Below are positions 19,774 to 28,838 of a DNA stretch of 42,508 bases, one piece after another (position 1 is the first letter of the stretch; each line of letters starts with the position of its first letter). The translations under genes and the position numbers were made by a program. This stretch comes from a virus (lineage: Duplodnaviria; Caudoviricetes): positions 1 to 42,508 of the IMG/VR virus record IMGVR_UViG_3300010165_000040; one strand, given 5' to 3'. Below the pieces are notes generated by a model. It saw only the letters and a program-made list of their open reading frames with translations, was not told where the DNA came from and made no database searches.

Positions 19774-20140
19774 CCTCTTTCGCTAATAGGATTTCAAGTT
19801 CGTCTTTTGTAAAATCTGGAAACACTTTAACAATGTCATAAAGAGTTGTTTCATCATGATTTAAAATAGCCGTCATCCCTGAGTGAATATAAAAATTCAT
19901 TGGAATCCGTAGTTCACGTTCCAACTCAACCCCTTCATTTCCAAACTCAATTTTATCTTGGCTATGAATCCCAGTAAAATGAAATCCATAGGAACCCAGA
20001 GTGGTTAATTCACTCTGCCCAGGAATAATCGTGTTAAATTGGTCCCGTTTTGGTTCCTTTTTAACAATATCAATAACCCCATCAGTATAAGCGTTTTGAA
20101 TTCGCTGATTACGCAATGACTTATGAATCATCATAATCAC
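19748..20140 (-). CDS. Putative head closure / head-tail adaptor
   Basis: Synteny; YTDGVI and YDIVKV motifs. Confidence 0.65.
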   Translation of the reverse strand: MIMMIHKSLRNQRIQNAYTDGVIDIVKKEPKRDQFNTIIPGQSELTTLGSYGFHFTGIHSQDKIEFGNEGVELERELRIPMNFYIHSGMTAILNHDETTLYDIVKVFPDFTKDELEILLAKEGGHYNTKE

Positions 20141-20420
20141 TCTCCATCGCTAACTTTAAGCTGAAAGCATTTAAATCAGGCAGAAACCGTTTATAAAACA
20201 ACTCACTAGCATTTGCACGAACAAATCTTGCTCGGTCAAATACCAACTGTTTTCCTGTCTTATCTGTATTAATATTAAACTGATCAGATTTATCTACCAC
20301 ATAGGAATAAGCATTTTGAAGTAAATCATCAAATGATTCATTCGATTCAACACCTAAACCTGATTCACGAACATATAACTCTTTAAATTCTTGAATAACA
20401 TCTTCAGAGATAGGTTCCAT
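20121..20420 (-). CDS. Head-tail connector (gp6-like)
   Basis: 99 aa; KQLVFDRARFVRANASELF motif; synteny. Confidence 0.7.
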   Translation of the reverse strand: MEPISEDVIQEFKELYVRESGLGVESNESFDDLLQNAYSYVVDKSDQFNINTDKTGKQLVFDRARFVRANASELFYKRFLPDLNAFSLKLAMESDYDDS

Positions 20421-20432
20421 AAAACCACCTCG

Positions 20433-20657
20433 CTATTCTTTACCTGTTCCAATGAACCCTTCATCTTCTAGCATTTTCACACGTTCGTCATCCACTTCTT
20501 TTTCTACAGCAGGATAACTGTCATGCGTATTTTTATTTTCATTATCTGCTCCTTTAGGAACATAATGACGACCTTTTTTGTGCTCGTCAGATTTTAATTT
20601 GTCTGTTGTATCATGAAAACCATTTAATACTTCACGTTCACCTTTTTGTAATTTCAT
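20433..20657 (-). CDS. Hypothetical head-region protein
   Basis: 74 aa with strong GGAGG RBS after capsid gene. Confidence 0.65.
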   Translation of the reverse strand: MKLQKGEREVLNGFHDTTDKLKSDEHKKGRHYVPKGADNENKNTHDSYPAVEKEVDDERVKMLEDEGFIGTGKE

Positions 20658-20673
20658 TCTTTATTCCTCCTTG

Positions 20674-21894
20674 TTAGACTTCTGGGTCAATTGTTTGACT
20701 ATCTTCTGTTTCTGGATTAATTGTATCTTGACGTTTTCCATTCGCTTCTGGATCTGCTGTTGGTACTGTAACTCCTTCAACACCAGAAACATCTACGACA
20801 ACAAATGCATTAGCATTTTTAGCGATACCTGCCGCAAACATTTTAGCGATGTGTAGGTCCATATCCTCAATTGCTAATGTTTCTTCGTATTTCTTGATTT
20901 CTAATTGCCCAGCAACAGCTAATAAATAATTGTTTAAATTACCAATAACTGCTTTACCTTCAGGAACTGCATATGATGGAACAACACTCTCACCATGCGG
21001 TAATGGTAACTGTGTCCACGTACCAGTAACACTGTTTTGGAAGAATAAGTTAGGACTAATTTTTGTTTCGTAAGTCACTGGATTAACCACAAATGAAATT
21101 GGACCATTTAACATCTTTTCTTTAGCTAATAATGCACGAGGACCTCCTAATGCATGTGGTGTTAATTCAGTGATTGCTACAGCATCCTTTTCTGGATATA
21201 CGTTGTCTGTAGCTCCAGAAAGTTTACGCATCATTCCGATTGGTTTAAGTTTTCCGTCTCCATTAATTACTGCATCTTCTAATGTTGCTTGCATTACTTC
21301 ACGTAAATAAGTAACAACATATTGAGCCAACCATTCAGGTCCTAATTCATAATAACCTTTTGGTAGCGCAATAAAGCCACTTAATTTAGAAGCAGACATA
21401 TCCAACGACCCAAATGCTTCAATTAATATTTGTCTAATATCTGCCGGAATTTTATCCCAGTAAGCAGTTTGTTCTCCTGGCTTACGATAAATATATTTGA
21501 TGACTGCATTTGTATATTGAGTATCAATTTGAGATAACACAGGATGTTCTTGTGCTAAATCTTCCATAATCGTTTCAATGATTGTCGTTGGGAAAGCTTC
21601 GTCTAATCCTTCAACCGTTTGTTTTTCGACTGCTTCAGCAAAGAATTTTTTCTCATTTGAAGTTAATTGGAAACGATTTGCACGTTTAGCCATAATCGAA
21701 TCATCCATACGTCCATTCTCAAATTGCGACACTCTATCTTTCACACTTGATTCCATCTTTGCTGCTAAAGCTGTTGAATAATTTTCAAAAGCTTCTTTCT
21801 GTTCTTCTTCATTATCTGATTGCAATGCAGCATACATATTTGATGTTGCTGATTGTAATTGTTTATCTAAATCGCCTGTAAGTTTAATTGGCAT
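20674..21894 (-). CDS. Major capsid protein (HK97 fold)
   Basis: 406 aa; N-terminal delta-like region, AVINGDGKLKPIGMM, follows ClpP-like protease. Confidence 0.92.
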   Translation of the reverse strand: MPIKLTGDLDKQLQSATSNMYAALQSDNEEEQKEAFENYSTALAAKMESSVKDRVSQFENGRMDDSIMAKRANRFQLTSNEKKFFAEAVEKQTVEGLDEAFPTTIIETIMEDLAQEHPVLSQIDTQYTNAVIKYIYRKPGEQTAYWDKIPADIRQILIEAFGSLDMSASKLSGFIALPKGYYELGPEWLAQYVVTYLREVMQATLEDAVINGDGKLKPIGMMRKLSGATDNVYPEKDAVAITELTPHALGGPRALLAKEKMLNGPISFVVNPVTYETKISPNLFFQNSVTGTWTQLPLPHGESVVPSYAVPEGKAVIGNLNNYLLAVAGQLEIKKYEETLAIEDMDLHIAKMFAAGIAKNANAFVVVDVSGVEGVTVPTADPEANGKRQDTINPETEDSQTIDPEV

Positions 21895-21923
21895 GTTTTT
21901 CTCTCCTTTAAATTTAGGTAATT

Positions 21924-21954
21924 AAAAAATCTAGCTAAATGTATTCACTAGATT
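21924..21954 (-). terminator. Terminator-like hairpin between protease and capsid genes
   Basis: AATCTAG...CTAGATT followed by T run. Confidence 0.45.
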
Positions 21955-22698
21955 GCTTAAAAATTTATTTGGTTTAGGTTGGTTATCATTATCATCAGTT
22001 ACGGTGGAATTTTTAATTTGGTCATCATCATCAGTTTGAACAGCTGAATTATTATTATGATCATCATCCACCTTTGCAGCATATTTATTTAATAAATTGG
22101 CAACAAGTGTGTTTTCTTCCGGTTCTTCGTCTTTTTCTGGTTCAACAACTTCAACCTCATTCACAAAACCAAATTGTTCTGCTTCTTCAGCTGTTAGCCA
22201 AGATTCATCTTCCATCAATTGAATTAAATCTTCTTCAGAACCAGTAAATTTTTCCATATAAATTGCTCGGTAAGACTGTTCTAATGACTCTAAAGCTCCA
22301 ACTTCTTTGAGGAGGTCCTGGCGGTTTCCTAATGCAATAGTCCAAGGAGTGTGAATCATAAAAGTAGTTCCTGTTGGCATTGTTAATGTTTGGCCACAAG
22401 TTGCAATGACTGTAGCAGCACTCGCTGCAATTCCTTCGATATATACATCGATAGCTGAAAATGTATTTTTAAGGTAATTGCGAATAGCTACACCTTCAGT
22501 GGCATCTCCACCATAAGAATTAATATAAATAGTTACATGGTCTTTATTGAGATTTGCAGAAGTCTTTTGTACTTGTTTAAGCGTTACGCCATCCCAATGA
22601 TCACCAATCGTTCCATAAAGATACAAAGTATTTTCTTCTGTAGTAATTTCTGATTTAATCGGTTCCTGAATTATCATTTGTGCCAGTTTCTTGTTTAT
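21931..22698 (-). CDS. ClpP-like prohead protease
   Basis: INSYGGD, GIAASAAT, FMIHTPW, ESWLTAEEA motifs; probable ATA start at 22698. Confidence 0.9.
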   Translation of the reverse strand: MNKKLAQMIIQEPIKSEITTEENTLYLYGTIGDHWDGVTLKQVQKTSANLNKDHVTIYINSYGGDATEGVAIRNYLKNTFSAIDVYIEGIAASAATVIATCGQTLTMPTGTTFMIHTPWTIALGNRQDLLKEVGALESLEQSYRAIYMEKFTGSEEDLIQLMEDESWLTAEEAEQFGFVNEVEVVEPEKDEEPEENTLVANLLNKYAAKVDDDHNNNSAVQTDDDDQIKNSTVTDDNDNQPKPNKFLSNLVNTFS

Positions 22699-23830
22699 CT
22701 TCCCCACCTCCTTTCAATGGTTCAATATTTTTGGTTAGGTAATACATATCCATCGTTGCATCGTCAATCCGGTCATAGCCCCCAGCTTCACGAACCTCAT
22801 TCGGTGTAAAGGCAGCAGAACCAACCATTTTTTCAGATGCAGCCCCCATATCAAAAACACTAATAAATCGAAGCTTCACGAGAGATGATTTTATTTGAGT
22901 TCCTCCCATAAATTCAGATGGATAATAAAATTTCCGATTTAATTCATCAGTGGCCTGTTCAACTAAAGGCTGAACAACATTTAAAATGTAATTATCCTGG
23001 TGTTGAGCTACATCGGACATATCTCCATTAATGAGCGACGGATGAATACCAACCACTTCGAGTACTGCATTTAAATACTCATCAGATACTTTATTGAGTT
23101 CATCCACATCGCTTCGGGGATTGGTTTCTTTGGAGTGTTCCTGGTACTCCATCCCATCCTGCGTCGGTGCAATTGCTACTGATTTATTACTAAAAACAGA
23201 AAACAGTTTATCTACAAAAGTTTGTAGGAATTTCTGTGCCTTTTCATTTTTGGCTAAGGAACCAGTCAGTTTGGCGGTACCTCGTATTTGATTCCTCCGC
23301 ATAGAGACCTGAACTAAACGTTCAAATAATTTACCGTAAGACTTATCCAACTCATTCAGAATCTTTCTCAAATTTAAGTTTCGATAATTTAACCGAATGA
23401 CTTTACTTTCATAAAAAGGCCGCTCAAATACAAAATCATCTTTACGGACATTCTTATAAATATTTTCTTTGAGTATGAATTTTTGAACGATATAGTCATC
23501 GGCAACAACAAATTGATCATCATCCGTAACCACAATCAAAACTTCTCTATCCTCATAAAACAATTTACGAACAACTTCTTCCCAGAAATCTGTCGCATTT
23601 TGATTCACATTTGGTTGAACATTTAAGTGATAGTACACTTCATCCTTTTTAAACTTCCCTTTATCAAAAGTTTTCCATTCGACTAAGGCTAAGCTTCGAG
23701 CGACTTTCCCAATAGCCACATCAATAGCACGTTGTTTCATCAAGGTAGTATTATAATCATCACTCAATAATGAAATTTCTTTGATGATGTTAGCATCAGG
23801 ATTCCTGGAGAAATAATCAAATAGTCCTAT
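22655..23830 (-). CDS. Portal protein (HK97 family)
   Basis: QPNVNQNATDFW and TPNEVREAGGY motifs; frame extends to an ATA at 23830 giving (M)GLFDYFSRN. Confidence 0.9.
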   Translation of the reverse strand: MGLFDYFSRNPDANIIKEISLLSDDYNTTLMKQRAIDVAIGKVARSLALVEWKTFDKGKFKKDEVYYHLNVQPNVNQNATDFWEEVVRKLFYEDREVLIVVTDDDQFVVADDYIVQKFILKENIYKNVRKDDFVFERPFYESKVIRLNYRNLNLRKILNELDKSYGKLFERLVQVSMRRNQIRGTAKLTGSLAKNEKAQKFLQTFVDKLFSVFSNKSVAIAPTQDGMEYQEHSKETNPRSDVDELNKVSDEYLNAVLEVVGIHPSLINGDMSDVAQHQDNYILNVVQPLVEQATDELNRKFYYPSEFMGGTQIKSSLVKLRFISVFDMGAASEKMVGSAAFTPNEVREAGGYDRIDDATMDMYYLTKNIEPLKGGGEDKQETGTNDNSGTD

Positions 23831-23858
23831 TTAAATCACCTCTTTCAATTCTTGGCAT

Positions 23859-23889
23859 AAAAAATAGCCACCTACTTATGTAAATGACT
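23859..23889 (-). terminator. Terminator-like hairpin after terL
   Basis: AGTCATTTAC-ataa-GTAGGTGGCT-ATTTTTT; G-U pairs work on the minus strand only. Confidence 0.6.
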
Positions 23890-23891
23890 TA

Positions 23892-25601
23892 CTAAAACTC
23901 AATATCCGCTAGTATAAATTGTTCCTGGTCATCTAATTCATTCGCTCTATATAACGCATGAACTAAAGACTGGAATCCGTCCGTTTTCCTTTTTACTTCT
24001 TCTTTTTTAAGGAACAACTTTCCTGCAGCCGTTTCTTTTACATAGACATTATTTGTATACCAACGCATTAAAGGATTATCTCCAAATATAAATCGTTCAT
24101 TTGCAAAACCATCTTCAATTCGTGGAGCAAGTAAAGGATGAATAGATTGTGGCCGTCTAATTGTTTCAACTTCAAATCCTTCTTCTTCAAGAAGAGGTCT
24201 TAAAATATCCATTTTGTAATTATCAGCTATAATTTTCTCTACTCCATAAACTTCACGAGCTTCAATAAAGTAATTCACGATATGTCTTGGGTCTAAAGAT
24301 GGTTCATCAACAACGGTTAATAGGCCTTGTTTCTCCCATTCTTTGATAGGAGCCCGCTTACCTCCACCCATTGCATCAGCACTGCTTGAATAGCCATAAT
24401 GGATATCTACAAAATGCTTAATTACATAACTGTGGGTATCGAAAAAGTATTCTTTATCTTTCATGAATAACAAACCGCATGCTGCAAAGTCTCGAACACT
24501 CCCAAAGTCTAAGGAACCAATAGGAGTAAGTCCTGTAATATCGAATGGTTCACGGTTCGTAGCCATCAGCTCTTCTTTACTAGCCACACTATGCTCGGAA
24601 TCACCTTCTACAACGTTCATCCGTTTGGTTACAAAAGCCGATCGTCCTGATGGTTCATCGAGTAAATCCACATACTCATCTTGAATAGTTTCTAGAAGGA
24701 TTTCTCCTCGGTCTGTTAAAGGTTTTTGCAATGCAGGAATAGCTTTCTCCCACATATTTTCATCGTCCATTTCTGAAATATCATCCAATTCGCAAATGAA
24801 TGGAAATATCCCATTAAACTGAATTTCTCCATTCAGAATACGTTCAGAACGCTTATATAACATGTCGAAGTAACCTTCACGGATAAATCCTTTTGTCCCA
24901 ATGAAAAACTGTCTGGTGTTTGCTTTCTTCCCAAATCCACCAGTAAATGTTTTAACTAGCTTTGAGTTCTCGTATTGGTGAAACTCATCAAAAATAACTG
25001 TTCCTTCACGTCCACCATCTTTGGTTTCTGCATTGGAGGTTTTATATTTAATTTTTGAGTTCGTTTCTGTGCTTCGTATTTGGGTTTTATAAGGTTCAAA
25101 TTCACCTGCAGGCTCTTCTTCAAAGGTTGTATCCCTTGTTCGAATCGCACTCAACTCATAATCTTTAATAATTTTATTATAGATTTCTTCGAAGCTTGTT
25201 TTTGCCTGGTCTTCCGAGTTGGCCACAATGGACACATCATATTCTTCAATCCCATGTAAGGATGACGTTAAAAAATGAGCCATTGTAGATATCCAACCAT
25301 TCTTACCGGAACCACGACCAAGAATCAAAATAAACATACGAAAAACTCTTCGATGTTTCTCTTTGGTATATAAAAAGACGAACGGAGAAACAAATCGTTC
25401 CCATTCGTCTAATTCAAAATATTGAGTTTCAGCAAATATAAAATAATCTTCAATCATTTCTTCATCGAAATAATATCTATCATCATGAGGCAAGATTTCT
25501 CTTTCTAAAAATTCAATCAATTTGATTCGCTTTTCGTTTAATACAAGCTCCCCGCTTTTGTATTTATCGATATACGCATCCACATATTTATTGTGCAGCA
25601 C
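23892..25601 (-). CDS. terL: Terminase large subunit
   Basis: Walker A GRGSGKNG, Walker B VIFDEFH, nuclease GSLDFG..D and KTDG. Confidence 0.95.
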   Translation of the reverse strand: MLHNKYVDAYIDKYKSGELVLNEKRIKLIEFLEREILPHDDRYYFDEEMIEDYFIFAETQYFELDEWERFVSPFVFLYTKEKHRRVFRMFILILGRGSGKNGWISTMAHFLTSSLHGIEEYDVSIVANSEDQAKTSFEEIYNKIIKDYELSAIRTRDTTFEEEPAGEFEPYKTQIRSTETNSKIKYKTSNAETKDGGREGTVIFDEFHQYENSKLVKTFTGGFGKKANTRQFFIGTKGFIREGYFDMLYKRSERILNGEIQFNGIFPFICELDDISEMDDENMWEKAIPALQKPLTDRGEILLETIQDEYVDLLDEPSGRSAFVTKRMNVVEGDSEHSVASKEELMATNREPFDITGLTPIGSLDFGSVRDFAACGLLFMKDKEYFFDTHSYVIKHFVDIHYGYSSSADAMGGGKRAPIKEWEKQGLLTVVDEPSLDPRHIVNYFIEAREVYGVEKIIADNYKMDILRPLLEEEGFEVETIRRPQSIHPLLAPRIEDGFANERFIFGDNPLMRWYTNNVYVKETAAGKLFLKKEEVKRKTDGFQSLVHALYRANELDDQEQFILADIEF

Positions 25602-25604
25602 GAA

Positions 25605-26150
25605 TTACTTTCCTAACAACCGATCTTTAGCACTCTTTTTTGTATTATCTTTTTGCGGGAGCATATCCGTAAGCTGCTTAATAATATTTTGATAGGTTTT
25701 ATCACGGTTATCATAATTCTCAACAATAGGCCGCTTCCGGTCATAGGGTTTTTGTGTTTCAGATTGCTGGAATTTTTCATATTCGCCATGCTCCAATATG
25801 TCTTTCCAATTATCATCCAACAAAACCCGAAGCCGTGCAGCTTGTTTAATCAACCCTTCTACTAGTTGGAATTGAGTTTTTGGAATCTCTTTGAAAATAT
25901 CAAGCAGACGTTTTTCTTCATCTTCCACTCGAATTTCCATTTCCTCAATTCGATCATTTAACAGAAAAATAACTGATACGTGTAATTCATTTGCTATTGA
26001 TTCGAGAGTCTCAACGGAAGGCGAATTCGCTCCTGTTTCAATCCTGGAATAATAGCTTTCAGTAATCCCCGCTCGTTTAGCTAATTCACTTTGTTTTAAG
26101 TCATTTTTATCTCTTAAAACTTTCATTCGATTTCCCATTGATTTATCCAA
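25605..26150 (-). CDS. terS: Terminase small subunit with N-terminal XRE-type HTH
   Basis: Residues ~1-65 XRE HTH (LKQSELAKRAGITESYYSRIETG); remainder resembles Bacillus-phage TerS (EGLIKQAARLRV, YQNIIKQL); directly upstream of terL. Confidence 0.75.
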   Translation of the reverse strand: MDKSMGNRMKVLRDKNDLKQSELAKRAGITESYYSRIETGANSPSVETLESIANELHVSVIFLLNDRIEEMEIRVEDEEKRLLDIFKEIPKTQFQLVEGLIKQAARLRVLLDDNWKDILEHGEYEKFQQSETQKPYDRKRPIVENYDNRDKTYQNIIKQLTDMLPQKDNTKKSAKDRLLGK

Positions 26151-26174
26151 ATTTTCAACTCCTTTCTAAAGTAG

Positions 26175-26282
26175 GTTGGCGGCCGGAGGGAGGGTACATA
26201 TAAAGGGGTACGTCTGGAGAATCGAGCCCCCCTTCCCGCTCAGCACCCCACAATTAATTTTTGAAAATTTTTAAAGGGGGCA
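26175..26282. other. Probable cos / packaging region
   Basis: GC-rich island with G/C runs between HNH and terS, next to a very AT-rich tract (26283-26447). The exact cut site cannot be determined. Confidence 0.55.
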
Positions 26283-26447
26283 TAAATAAATTTAAAAGTC
26301 AATAATTATTCAATAATAATTTGAATTATTTTATTTAAATATTTTTTTATTTCAATTCAACACAATTTATTTTCATCTTTTAAAATAAAAAGAACTTCAA
26401 TTCAATTAATAGTGAATCAGTAACAATGAACTAATAACATTCATTCA

Positions 26448-26765
26448 TTAACCAAACCATTCATCATCAGCCCATTTATTTTTCTTTCCATTGAATCCTT
26501 TAAACATTCTTTCATGCCTTACCTCATGATGTTTAAAGCAAAGCACACGCAAGTTTGATAACTCTAATGCTAAGTGTGGATGAGTCTCGAGCTCTTTAAT
26601 GTGATCAACAATAAGTCGTGCATCTTTATCTGTTGTCACTACTCCATTCTCTTTACACCACTGACACTCATAGTTATCTCTGACTAGAATTTCCTTGCGT
26701 TTCTTTATCCATGGAGTTGAGTTATAGAAGCGATGTCTATCCTTCTTTGTTGTTACATCAAACAT
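26448..26765 (-). CDS. Packaging-associated HNH endonuclease
   Basis: RDNYECQWC, VDHIKE, NLRVLCFKHH; position before terS. Confidence 0.9.
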   Translation of the reverse strand: MFDVTTKKDRHRFYNSTPWIKKRKEILVRDNYECQWCKENGVVTTDKDARLIVDHIKELETHPHLALELSNLRVLCFKHHEVRHERMFKGFNGKKNKWADDEWFG

Positions 26766-26845
26766 AGTTATCAACCTTTTAGCTATAGTTTATAAACATT
26801 TAGATACTGTCATTTTCTTACGAGTCATGACGGATCACCTGCTTT

Positions 26846-27019
26846 CTATACTAGAATGTAATTAATCAGTTGAGTATTGATAATCAACTGCGTCCCTTCT
26901 GCATCCTTTAAAGATATGAAGTCTGGTGGAATGTCATGAGTAATACGATCTAATACATCCTGTTCGATTAATAAGAGTCTCTCATCATTTAACCAACTAA
27001 TGGTACATTCAATAAGCAT
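26846..27019 (-). CDS. Small hypothetical protein (57 aa, not in ORF track)
   Basis: AGGAG RBS; MLIECTISWLNDERLLLIEQDVLDRITHDIPPDFISLKDAEGTQLIINTQLINYILV. Confidence 0.6.
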   Translation of the reverse strand: MLIECTISWLNDERLLLIEQDVLDRITHDIPPDFISLKDAEGTQLIINTQLINYILV

Positions 27020-27069
27020 AGGCAAGTCTCCTTTGTGTGATTATTCTTGTTGTACTAAGTCAGCAATAT

Positions 27070-27100
27070 AAAAAGCTACTCACCGGAGTAAGTAGCTTTC
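27070..27100 (-). terminator. Strong intrinsic terminator with cUCCGg tetraloop
   Basis: AAAGCTACTTAC-TCCG-GTGAGTAGCTTT-TT. Confidence 0.85.
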
Positions 27101-27382
27101 CCACATGACAATTAGTGTATGAAGACTAATGTCGTATATTCAGTTGTATACAATTAGATCTGGACTATGCTATCTTGCTCATTGTCCAACACCACACCGC
27201 AATAATTGAGTTGCGTATAACACCAGCTGTTATGTGGTTAGTTATAATGTCAGTAACTATATAAGTATGCTCTGAACTACTCACCAGTTTCCTCTGGCTT
27301 TCGAGCTATTATCTGTATCGCAATTAACTATATAAAAGGAGGTTTAATCAGAGTAAGAAGTCTTCTCTAAACTTCTTACACT
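27070..27382 (-). ncRNA. Candidate structured late-leader RNA (~310 nt)
   Basis: No RBS-led ORF; series of hairpins and one multibranch element between the putative late promoter and a terminator. Confidence 0.5.
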
Positions 27383-27445
27383 ATTACTTTATACCTTATC
27401 TCAATCAGTGCTCTTTCGATACTCTCTCACGAGTCACTCATTTTA
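27383..27445 (-). promoter_or_regulatory. Putative ArpU-activated late promoter
   Basis: Downstream of arpU; GAGAG/GAGT-type short repeats and a -10-like GGTATAAAG without a clear -35. Confidence 0.4.
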
Positions 27446-27594
27446 ACTTACCTTTAGTTCTACTAACTATATTATTAATTACATGAAGCTTTCCTTTTGT
27501 TCTTCTGGCACTGCCTCTACTTCATAGATGAGAAGATCTCACTCCTGATTTGTACTTACTTCTCTAAGAAAATCATATATCAAGTCTTCTAAGC

Positions 27595-28029
27595 TCATTC
27601 ATTTTCCTCCTCTTCTTCATATACAATCAGTTTGCCACCATTAAAACACTCTGCAAATTCGATCAATGACTTCTGGAGTTCTCTATAATAAGTTGCCTCA
27701 CTAATATTATCCTCTGTATATATCTCATAATCATATGTGATATGACGATTCATATACTTTAAGTACAGCCTTCTTCTTGTATCAGGACCTAGACAGTTGA
27801 ATGCTGTCTCAATACGTTTCAGTGTTAAGTCTGCATCTAGTTTCTTTATAACTCCACGCTCAACATTGCTTGTATTATCTCGGCTTGATCCCTTAGGTTG
27901 TAGACTAAACGTTGCTGTAACATTCTGTTCAACAGGTCTGCCAGCAAGCCTTTTTAATCGATGGTAATTACTAAGCAGATTGTCCACGTTATTCCTAGTT
28001 TTCTTCTTGTCTACTTCTTGAAAAAGCAC
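27595..28029 (-). CDS. ArpU/RinA-family late transcriptional activator
   Basis: VDKKKTRNNV..LLSNY and ISEATYYR...LIEFAE motifs; last early gene before packaging. Confidence 0.85.
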   Translation of the reverse strand: MLFQEVDKKKTRNNVDNLLSNYHRLKRLAGRPVEQNVTATFSLQPKGSSRDNTSNVERGVIKKLDADLTLKRIETAFNCLGPDTRRRLYLKYMNRHITYDYEIYTEDNISEATYYRELQKSLIEFAECFNGGKLIVYEEEEENE

Positions 28030-28044
28030 TTACTGACAACTCCT

Positions 28045-28542
28045 TTAATTGATAAACTCTAGATGTCCTTTAAACTCAATCTTAAATGGTGCTAAGTCTT
28101 TCTCATTCGCTGACTTCTTCCCTGTCTCCTCTTGGAGTTTCTTCCAATCGGACCAGCGGATACAATAGAAGTTCTTTAGGTTGAAGCTGATTAATACTAG
28201 AGCGACTCCACCTAGCTGTGTTGTACTCTCTAATGCTGTAGCTTGGTGTTCTGGTATACGGTCAAAAGTTATATTTGTCTTCTCAGTATGCTTAGCTTCT
28301 ATCATGATACTCTGGCCACCCTTGAGTGTGCCTAAGAAGTCTGGTTGTCCTTTCTTCTCGTAGACTGCTTTAAAGTGACCGTACCTTGGATTCAATACAC
28401 TAATAGGTTTCATTGGCTCTGGTGTCTTATGAATATCTGCTATTCCTTTAGTTCGATAATATGTGCAGCTTGCCTCTATGAACTTCTCAAAGTTTGCACC
28501 ATTCTGTTTAGCTTTCATTCCACTCTGTTTTCTTTTGCTCAA
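28045..28542 (-). CDS. RecU-like Holliday junction resolvase
   Basis: GANFE, IHKTPEP, PDFLG, IEAKHT, HQ motifs. Confidence 0.85.
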   Translation of the reverse strand: MSKRKQSGMKAKQNGANFEKFIEASCTYYRTKGIADIHKTPEPMKPISVLNPRYGHFKAVYEKKGQPDFLGTLKGGQSIMIEAKHTEKTNITFDRIPEHQATALESTTQLGGVALVLISFNLKNFYCIRWSDWKKLQEETGKKSANEKDLAPFKIEFKGHLEFIN

Positions 28543-28583
28543 TCCATCACTCCTGTCTCTTTATCATCCACTTCTATCTCCCC

Positions 28584-28838
28584 TTAATCTAATGGATTTC
28601 TCCCACCGTAATAATCGTTAATTGAATTACTTGGTTGATGATTCAATGTCCTCTCTTCATTCACAGTGACTGTGTATAACTCCCCGCCCACTTTCTTCTG
28701 CTCACTTTGAGCAGCTTTAATGGTTTTAAACTGGTATGCCTTTAATACTGAAAAGCTCATATATAAGTCTGCAGTATCTTCATAACGATCTGATTTTCTT
28801 AGAAAGTATCTCCCAAACCTTAGTGTGTAGAATTTCAT
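28584..28838 (-). CDS. Hypothetical protein
   Basis: 84 aa, coupled to upstream gene. Confidence 0.6.
   Translation of the reverse strand: MKFYTLRFGRYFLRKSDRYEDTADLYMSFSVLKAYQFKTIKAAQSEQKKVGGELYTVTVNEERTLNHQPSNSINDYYGGRNPLD

Noticed and set aside
20674-20730. Short duplication at the capsid C-terminus (TINPET/TIDPEV) as a frameshift or Ig-extension signal
   Set aside because: No slippery site or Ig-like frame seen; the next gene has its own RBS.
25925-25960. Internal start separating HTH from TerS
   Set aside because: GAGG lies only 2 nt from the ATG, so the spacing is unconvincing.
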